Shown piece by piece: positions 24,182 through 31,498 of a stretch of DNA of 64,000 nucleotides. The notes beneath the pieces were generated by a model. It searched no databases and was not told the origin of the DNA. It worked only from the letters and a program-made list of their open reading frames with translations. Source of the DNA: an uncultured Candidatus Saccharibacteria bacterium (GTDB taxonomy: Bacteria > Patescibacteriota > Saccharimonadia > Saccharimonadales > 2-12-FULL-41-12); assembly GCA_947085855.1 (NCBI GenBank), contig CAMTYB010000001.1, positions 341,788 through 405,787 on the forward strand, written 5' to 3'. Numbering within the stretch: position 1 is the first letter of the stretch; each line of letters begins with the position of its first letter. The position numbers and the translations under genes are program-made.

Positions 24182-26374
24182 GTGGTTGTCCGATTACCTA
24201 TCCCTGGCAGTGATGATGGCTCTTGGGGTGACATACTTAATACATTTCTGGCACAAGAGCACAATAGTGACGGCTCCCTCAAGCTTCGCTCCGATGGCAC
24301 ACTGAGTGCCAAGCAGTCAGTTAGTGAAAAGGGCCAAGCCGATGGCTATGCCCCACTTGGCAGTGACGGTAAAGTACCCAGTAGTTACATACCAGCCAGT
24401 GGCAGTGTGCCAGATGCTGACGCCAGCACTAAGGGTGTTATTCAGCTTGCTGGTGACCTAGGTGGAACGGCTGCTAGCCCAACTGTAACCGGCCTGGCTG
24501 CTAAGGCCGAAGATGTGTCGGTCGTCCACAAAGGCAGCACCGAGACCATTTCTGGTGATAAAAACTTCACGGGCGCTCTAACCAAGAGCGGCAATAACGT
24601 TATCGTCGAAGGTGACTCTCGTTTAACAGATCAGAGGACGCCAAGCGATAACTCTGTTTCGACTGCCAAAATACAAAATGCTGCAGTTACAAGTCAAAAA
24701 ATATCTACTACCGGTGTTTCTGACGGCCAAGCGTTTGTACTATCCAGCTCGAACTGGGCGCCAACTTCCGTTGTTGCCACTTCCCTCGTTGGTGCGACTG
24801 ATGGCGTAGCCTCGCTGGGCAGTGACGGCAAAGTGCCAGCAGGCCAATTGCCTTCCGGCCTCACTCTGCCGACTCAAACTGGCAATACTGGTCGCACACT
24901 GGTAACCGACGGTACCAATGCTTCGTGGGCTCGCGGCGTCGTCGATGCCACACTGCCACCCTACAATATGTCACCGTCAAATACGGCGGCGCAGAATGTT
25001 ACCGCCCTCAATGCAGCAATCGCAGCAGTTTGGAATTTTGGTAGCGGCTGGGGTGCCGTATATATCCCTGGTGGCGCCAGCATTAACTACAACCTCAATG
25101 CTGGCATCAGTATCCCCAAGACCGTATCACTCTTTACTGATGCAGAGTGGGGTGCAGCCCTAACCTGGACCACCGATACCGGTGGCGGTACATTCGGATT
25201 CCAACTTGGTACGACGAGTGGCGTAAGCATCGAAATGCCAACAATCAACGGTTTTAAGCTGGTCGGCCCGGGCAATCAGGGCGCTGCTTTAGGTGTTGCG
25301 CCATGTGCCATGGGCGCTATTCGTGCATGCGATAACGCCAGAGTGTTGAATTGCACCATGGTTGGTTGGCGCATGGGCGTATCGTTCATGGGCAATCACC
25401 AAAAGGTCGCCTACTGCCGTGTTGAGCATTGCTACTACGGTGTTTGGTGGTCCGATGGCGCTACTACTTTTTCTGACCAAAGTATTACCCACACCGAGCT
25501 TGTCGGCCAAAAATTTGCATCTGTGGCGGTAGCCGGTGATAGCACTATCGACACCTCTATGTTCGACAAAGTTCATATGGGTTTTTCGCCCTATGGAATC
25601 TATAAAGAGTCCGGCGGCAGCTTCCGCAAAACCGAGATAGCCAATAATACGTCGTTCATTGACTGCTCAATTGAAGCTGTAGGTAACGGCATGATTTATG
25701 ATGAAGCTGACGATTCGCAAGTTCGCGGCTGCCAGTTTATTGGCGGTTACACATATATTATGAATGCTACGTATAAGATTGCTGCTCGCAATGCAGATTA
25801 TTTGGTTCGCTGTAATTATTTTGGGGACAACGTCATGATGGGCTATCGCACCTTCTCTACTCCAGCCGACCTTGGCTTTTTTGACTGCAATTCTATTCGC
25901 AACTGTAAACACACTGATGGCTGGGCGCTGATCTCTGGTATCACCACATCAAAACCAGTGGCTGCTTCAACTAATGATGTCCTCGGTTTCCAAATATTTG
26001 GAGCTAACGGTCAGGAATGTGATGTCATGAAAGTCGCTATCAATGACCAAGCAGCTAACGATCTTTTATTTGCCACTCCAAGCCAAGGCAACGCCGCCTC
26101 CACCGCCAATTTAGGTGCTGGCGGATCCGATATACCAGTCGGCATTCTACAGGCCGCAGCCAACTCTGGTAACTGGGGAGTTGTCGCCAAAAGTGGTCGT
26201 GTCACCGCCAAAAATGTCACAGCCATTACTGGCACTACCTATGTAAAAGCCGACACCTCCAATCGGGGTTCAATCGTCACAGCAACTGCAGGTGATACGA
26301 TGATCGTCGGCTACGCCAACGGCAACGGCGCCGGTAACAGCACCCAAACTGTCTACCTCCAAGGCCTCGCTTAG
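24182..26374 (+). CDS. phage-tail-fibre-like surface protein with probable beta-helix (pectate-lyase-like) C-terminal domain
   Basis: 730 aa, GTG start after AAGGAG. N-terminal RLPIPGSDDGSWGDILNTFL..HNSDGSLK. Tail-fibre motifs APLGSDGKVPSSYIP and TKGVIQLAGDLGGTAASPTV. The C-terminal half resembles a parallel beta-helix. Confidence 0.8.
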   Translation: MVVRLPIPGSDDGSWGDILNTFLAQEHNSDGSLKLRSDGTLSAKQSVSEKGQADGYAPLGSDGKVPSSYIPASGSVPDADASTKGVIQLAGDLGGTAASPTVTGLAAKAEDVSVVHKGSTETISGDKNFTGALTKSGNNVIVEGDSRLTDQRTPSDNSVSTAKIQNAAVTSQKISTTGVSDGQAFVLSSSNWAPTSVVATSLVGATDGVASLGSDGKVPAGQLPSGLTLPTQTGNTGRTLVTDGTNASWARGVVDATLPPYNMSPSNTAAQNVTALNAAIAAVWNFGSGWGAVYIPGGASINYNLNAGISIPKTVSLFTDAEWGAALTWTTDTGGGTFGFQLGTTSGVSIEMPTINGFKLVGPGNQGAALGVAPCAMGAIRACDNARVLNCTMVGWRMGVSFMGNHQKVAYCRVEHCYYGVWWSDGATTFSDQSITHTELVGQKFASVAVAGDSTIDTSMFDKVHMGFSPYGIYKESGGSFRKTEIANNTSFIDCSIEAVGNGMIYDEADDSQVRGCQFIGGYTYIMNATYKIAARNADYLVRCNYFGDNVMMGYRTFSTPADLGFFDCNSIRNCKHTDGWALISGITTSKPVAASTNDVLGFQIFGANGQECDVMKVAINDQAANDLLFATPSQGNAASTANLGAGGSDIPVGILQAAANSGNWGVVAKSGRVTAKNVTAITGTTYVKADTSNRGSIVTATAGDTMIVGYANGNGAGNSTQTVYLQGLA

Positions 26375-26411
26375 TAGACATAATGTAACTTTTGTTATAT
26401 AGTACTTATAA

Positions 26412-26951
26412 ATGACCCCTCCAGAATTTGAGTTAGAGCAAGCTACACGGCGCGTAACAATTGATGTGCCCGATAGAGTCATGTCAACATTTATGGCGCA
26501 GCTCGGCGAACTGGCTGCGGCCCATGATCTGCCTGTAGCGGTAGATGATACTCAAAGCGATCTTGTACACTACAATAAAAATCTCACTACCCCTGTTCAG
26601 GTTTACGATTTGCTACTAGGCCGACGCACCGATGAACAAGTTTTGGCCGTCACACGAGCCAACCTTAGAGAATTTGCGCCTACCATAGGGTTTAGCTCAA
26701 ATCTGGGCTCGATGGCCTTTCGGGGAGTCTCTGAATACATGGTGAATATCCAACAATACAAGGACTGCATTGTTGCGACCGAGAAACCAGGCAGAGATCA
26801 CCCATTAAATTGCTGGGGTATTCGAGCTGCCAAGATGCCTCGAGTTATGGAAGCTTTGGAAAATACGACTGAGTTCCGCAGGCAATTAACGCCCAGACAA
26901 TTCGAGGTATTCTCTGGATTTCACCAGGCGTTATTTGCAACCTCGACTTAG
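26412..26951 (+). CDS. hypothetical protein
   Basis: 179-aa ORF, no motif recognised. Confidence 0.55.
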   Translation: MTPPEFELEQATRRVTIDVPDRVMSTFMAQLGELAAAHDLPVAVDDTQSDLVHYNKNLTTPVQVYDLLLGRRTDEQVLAVTRANLREFAPTIGFSSNLGSMAFRGVSEYMVNIQQYKDCIVATEKPGRDHPLNCWGIRAAKMPRVMEALENTTEFRRQLTPRQFEVFSGFHQALFATST

Positions 26952-26961
26952 GAGTCAGCCC

Positions 26962-27528
26962 ATGAGCGGCGAACTTATTTACCCAAAATTCTACGGCGAC
27001 CCCACTACCCTTGTTAGCCTAAGGGAGGCTACGCCCGAAGATACAGAGTTTCTGTACGATATTTTGCATATTGCGGCATGTGAAGCCAACAATGAAGCGC
27101 TGCCGGAAGGCTTTGGGACTTCTCTTCAGGAAGCTCAATCCTACGCATGGTTCAATCGGTACGTTATGGGTTGGGGTCGGGACAATGACTTTGGTCTTAT
27201 AGCCAGTACCGACGATGGCATTCAAGTGGCGGCCGCTTCCTACCGCGAATATGACGAGACCGACTACTTTAGTAGTGCACTTGATAAACTCTTCCCTGCA
27301 CCTCCGTTTATTGAGCTGGCTATCGGTATCAAAAAAGGCTATCGAGGCAACGGACTGGGTCCGTTTCTGCTAACACAAGTTGCTCAGCATGCTGGCGAAG
27401 CTGGCTTCCCGAACATACATTTGTGTGTCAGCCGTAACAATACACACGCTCAGCATGTGTACCAAGGAGTCGGCTTTCGCACCGTAAGCGAAACCTCGAG
27501 CCAAAAATCAATGGTTAAAGAACTGTAG
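26962..27528 (+). CDS. GNAT family N-acetyltransferase
   Basis: AGGAG at 26950-26954 precedes the ATG at 26962. Acetyl-CoA motif GYRGNGLGPFLL. The track ORF begins at 26935. Confidence 0.8.
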   Translation: MSGELIYPKFYGDPTTLVSLREATPEDTEFLYDILHIAACEANNEALPEGFGTSLQEAQSYAWFNRYVMGWGRDNDFGLIASTDDGIQVAAASYREYDETDYFSSALDKLFPAPPFIELAIGIKKGYRGNGLGPFLLTQVAQHAGEAGFPNIHLCVSRNNTHAQHVYQGVGFRTVSETSSQKSMVKEL

Positions 27529-27556
27529 AGTTCTCTTTTTCTACCCCTGTTACTAA

Positions 27557-28813
27557 TTGACCAAACGAGCAGTACATGGTATTTTGAGGTTTACTATGAA
27601 TGCCTCTCGCCTCCAGCAAATTGGCGATTACGAACAAGCCCCGTGGCTCACTGCTGCTATAGATCCAGAACTAAAAACCGTCGAAGAGCGAGTAGCTACC
27701 CTTGTTAATGAGCAGACCGAGCAGTGGGATCGTCACGAAGAACTTGGTAGTTACTATTGGAGTGGCGGCACTCCGCATATAGCACTTGAGGGTGAATCAG
27801 AGCTCGGCAACGAAGAAACTCACCACTCCTTTGAATGGGATCGTCCCGACACACGAACGCTTACCTCTATCATTTTGCGTCGTCCGGTTACGTACTCAAA
27901 TGAAAAAGCAGCCGAAGGCCGCGTACTAGCTCATGTTCAAGGCCATGCGCGCATTGTCGAACAACGACCCGGCCTGCAGTACTTTGCAAGCGACGATGGA
28001 TACATTATCTCACCGGAATTCGACACAATTACCCCTATATCGGATGAGCGCTTCGAGGTCTCACGCGATGGTCAAACCAGAGTCCTAAAGCTACTCTCCG
28101 CTGACGAGCAGGCTGAAGTCCTCGAACGACGTGCTCAGCTAGAAGCCAAGCAAGCCGACTACGATTATCAAGAGCTCGAACAATTGCAGTATCAGGCTGC
28201 TCTTGGCACGCTTGCTCTATATGGAATCGAGTTGGATCCAGATGAGAATACGTACAACCCGCATACTGGCTTTCAGATCTTTCGCTTTGAGCATGCCAAC
28301 CGCGCCGTTAGGCTCGATGTTGGCCGCAACGCCCTAACAGCCAGTTGCTGGGCCAAGCATCTTTCTTTTGAAAAAAGACAAGAACTGTGGGACGCCTATG
28401 AACATGGCATCCAACCAATGCACAATGACCTATCGGGCGAGCGAGATGCCTTTGATCGAGCACCAACAGACGGACAACCGGTCGCCGGTGAAGCCGAGAT
28501 TGATAGCACCGACATGGCATATCATGCCTTTTTGGTGGCAACTCATGGACTATTGAAAAACAATGACTTCCGACCTTTCCGCATCGAAACGCCACACGCG
28601 AGCTGGTCCATACCCATGGCGTTGAAAATCATTGAACTACCATTCGATCGAGCGCATTGCATTATTAGCCCTGTAGGTGGTGTTGGTTCCCGCGGTCACC
28701 TGATCCAAGATCGTCCTGGCAGCTTTAGGTCTGCTCATCCAGACAGTGGAGATATAAGTAGATATCCCGTCTGGTCGGTTGACGATGATAACACCTTAGC
28801 GCGCATAAACTAA
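27557..28813 (+). CDS. hypothetical protein
   Basis: 418-aa ORF with no motif. An ATG near 27596 (MNASRLQQ) is an alternative start. Confidence 0.55.
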   Translation: MTKRAVHGILRFTMNASRLQQIGDYEQAPWLTAAIDPELKTVEERVATLVNEQTEQWDRHEELGSYYWSGGTPHIALEGESELGNEETHHSFEWDRPDTRTLTSIILRRPVTYSNEKAAEGRVLAHVQGHARIVEQRPGLQYFASDDGYIISPEFDTITPISDERFEVSRDGQTRVLKLLSADEQAEVLERRAQLEAKQADYDYQELEQLQYQAALGTLALYGIELDPDENTYNPHTGFQIFRFEHANRAVRLDVGRNALTASCWAKHLSFEKRQELWDAYEHGIQPMHNDLSGERDAFDRAPTDGQPVAGEAEIDSTDMAYHAFLVATHGLLKNNDFRPFRIETPHASWSIPMALKIIELPFDRAHCIISPVGGVGSRGHLIQDRPGSFRSAHPDSGDISRYPVWSVDDDNTLARIN

Positions 28814-28905
28814 ATACGAGTGTAATAAACATCGCTGCGCTTATGCTTGCATCTTAACTATGCTTTGTAGAGAATACACTATGTATATATGACAGGAGTT
28901 TACAC

Positions 28906-30075
28906 ATGAATCCAGCCATTGCCGAACAATCACTGACTGCCGCAATTGAATCCGCAGAGCTAACCAGACCACTTCCCGACCTAGAAGAAGCTCGTAATAC
29001 CTACGTTAATGCAGCCAATCGATCTCAGTTATTCGGCTACTTACCCGGCCAAAAGCATCGCTTAGACAGTGCTGAGTTCACCTACCAAATGGCTTGGGAA
29101 GCCGATTTGCGCGAACGACTCGAAAACACCCAACTTGAGGGCAAGTCACTTTATTTTGATATGCATCATGCCATTTCGGCTGAAAATCAATACCGGGCCA
29201 GTGCCGAGCAGGATGACATGCGGCAACGAAAATATGCTCGCTTCCTCCTTCGCTATAACGAACTCCATTGGGCCAAAAAACTTGGTATTGGTGTTGTCCT
29301 CGGTGGTGCCAGCGCAGCCTCTATGGCTGTCACCGGTGGAGCCGCTGTGGCAGTCGGCGCCAGCTTAGCTGTACGCTTTGGCTCTATCCACACTAATCGC
29401 GAAGCCCGACGGCTTAAAGCCTGCATCCCTAACAATGGTCAGCAACGTCATGACTTTATGGTTGCTGGCCTACCCGAACAAGCTACTCCCGAGAAACTCC
29501 AAAGCTGGCTTGGGCATGTAGTTTCTAAAAATCTAGCCGAATATAACGTAGCTAGCGAAGCTAAGAAGGCCCGGCGGTCAATTTTGTTTTCAATAGGTGG
29601 AATCGCACTTGGAAGAGGCCTCGCTGAAGCCGCAAGTCTGGTTGCCAATAAACCGACAACTGCTAAGCTCCAGAACAGTTTGAAAGATAAACTATTGCCG
29701 AGCCGGATCGCCAAGGTGACAGCAGAAACACCGCCAAGCACACCCAAGTCTTCTCCTCAATTAGCCAGCGAATCACCCATACAGCGCAAGTGGCGCACTA
29801 TTAAGGAGGCACCGAAGCAACTCTGGGTCCGTGAAAATCGCCAGGGCGACTATCGTTTCTTTGCCAACAAGCGATTCAATAATGTTTGGGACATTTCTAA
29901 GCAAGCTTTACGGCTCAATGGAGACAAAAAACCAAGCGCGCAGCAAATTACAGACCTCAAGAACGCAGTCGTCGACCAACGACTACAAAACGGCAAATCG
30001 AGCATGCTCGATACAGGCGAACGCGTAAGTGTTTCTCGTCGCCTCATCAACCGGGTTCTAGCTCGCAACTCTTAA
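28906..30075 (+). CDS. hypothetical membrane-associated protein
   Basis: 389 aa, ACAGGAG SD upstream, Gly/Ala-rich hydrophobic segments in the middle. Confidence 0.55.
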   Translation: MNPAIAEQSLTAAIESAELTRPLPDLEEARNTYVNAANRSQLFGYLPGQKHRLDSAEFTYQMAWEADLRERLENTQLEGKSLYFDMHHAISAENQYRASAEQDDMRQRKYARFLLRYNELHWAKKLGIGVVLGGASAASMAVTGGAAVAVGASLAVRFGSIHTNREARRLKACIPNNGQQRHDFMVAGLPEQATPEKLQSWLGHVVSKNLAEYNVASEAKKARRSILFSIGGIALGRGLAEAASLVANKPTTAKLQNSLKDKLLPSRIAKVTAETPPSTPKSSPQLASESPIQRKWRTIKEAPKQLWVRENRQGDYRFFANKRFNNVWDISKQALRLNGDKKPSAQQITDLKNAVVDQRLQNGKSSMLDTGERVSVSRRLINRVLARNS

Positions 30076-30133
30076 AATCTGTGTAAAAGTGGTTTGGCTT
30101 TGTGGGAAGTAAGCTATACTTGTCATAAAGCTA

Positions 30134-31498
30134 GTGTATAAAGGGAAAAATATGAGACCCGACGAAGATCAAAGTCGTCAGCAGCTGTCCCGCTCCGGAC
30201 CAGCCACCATTCAACCAATATCACGTGACGTGGCGCCCGCACCAAGTGCTGGCCCGACATTTTCGGAGTTCACTCGACCAGATCAGCCAGTGGCTGCACC
30301 ATCTCCAGAGCCTACGCCTCCGCCCACATCACCCGATCCATACGAGCGGCCAGCAACGCCACCGCCTGCGCCACAACCGCAACCCTTAGCTCCTCCGACA
30401 CCACCTGTGATGCCTGCACCAGAGCCACTACAACCACAAACTCCGGCAGCACCAGTCGTACCTCCTGCAAATCCTATCTATCCGCAGCCACAATCAACTG
30501 TTCCACCAGTGTTTTCAGCTACTCCTGCAGCTCAACCACCTCACAAAGAAAGTGCTGACGCTAGTCTGATTGTATTGCAATGGCTTACCTACGCTTTCTG
30601 GGGCTGGGCGGTTCTTTCGCTATCCACACTAACGACTATGGTTTTGTCGAGCTTTATTACGAAAGCCGACACCGGTAGCTTTACGCCATACGCGATTGCC
30701 GCCGTGTTAGTACTTCTACCGATTGCATTTGGCTGTGACTATTTCTACTCAAAGAAAGAACCAGAAAAGAAAACTGGTCCCGAGAATATCGTTATGATTA
30801 TTCACGCTGTTATATTTGCGCTGTGCGCCATTGGCTCGCTTATTTTGGCAGTTTTCTTCTTGGTCCAAATCTTTACGAGCAGTAGCGCCGATAACAGTGG
30901 CGCCCAGGTAGGCTTATACAGTTCGCTTATTATTGCCGTTTACTATGTATTGACCTTCTTACGAACCTTAAATCCAGCCAAGTTACCATGGATACAGCGA
31001 TCATATAAGTTCATTATGCTGATTACCATTGGTATTATTGCTATCTTAGGAGTAGTTGGACCAGTCGCAGCCGAACGCAGCACTCGTAATGACCGCTTGA
31101 TTGATGATGGCCTGCCTCGACTTACTAACACAATCAACGATTATGCTGAAGATAATAAGAAATTACCGGCATCACTTTCTGATGTTAAGACAACCGGCGA
31201 AGCCCAAAAGTTAATAGATGACAATCTTGTACAATACAAGGCAGTTGATACGGGTCAGATTTCGGCCACTCAAGCAACTGGCGCTAACAGGTCGCTATCG
31301 GCTCGAGGCTCATCGGCCTTTCGCTATGAGCTGTGTGTGACATACAAGGAAAAGAGTCGGTCATACGACAAGTACAACTCAACCAGTCGCTACTCAGATA
31401 GCGAGGGTTATACAGAATATATCAATAGCTCAGCTCACCCGGCTGGCAATGTTTGCTATAAGCTCAAAGCCGTCGTTTATGACAGCTCCATCAATTAG
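30134..31498 (+). CDS. proline-rich polytopic membrane protein
   Basis: 454 aa with an N-terminal ~130-aa Pro-rich region, 5-6 TM segments and a C-terminal soluble domain with 2 Cys. An ATG at 30152 is an alternative start. Confidence 0.6.
   Translation: MYKGKNMRPDEDQSRQQLSRSGPATIQPISRDVAPAPSAGPTFSEFTRPDQPVAAPSPEPTPPPTSPDPYERPATPPPAPQPQPLAPPTPPVMPAPEPLQPQTPAAPVVPPANPIYPQPQSTVPPVFSATPAAQPPHKESADASLIVLQWLTYAFWGWAVLSLSTLTTMVLSSFITKADTGSFTPYAIAAVLVLLPIAFGCDYFYSKKEPEKKTGPENIVMIIHAVIFALCAIGSLILAVFFLVQIFTSSSADNSGAQVGLYSSLIIAVYYVLTFLRTLNPAKLPWIQRSYKFIMLITIGIIAILGVVGPVAAERSTRNDRLIDDGLPRLTNTINDYAEDNKKLPASLSDVKTTGEAQKLIDDNLVQYKAVDTGQISATQATGANRSLSARGSSAFRYELCVTYKEKSRSYDKYNSTSRYSDSEGYTEYINSSAHPAGNVCYKLKAVVYDSSIN

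Noticed and set aside
26412-27528. GNAT toxin with upstream antitoxin (TacT/AtaT-like TA pair)
   Set aside because: The upstream ORF is 179 aa with no RHH or DUF1778-like N-terminus. The GNAT is larger than typical TA toxins. Only the tight spacing supports the idea.
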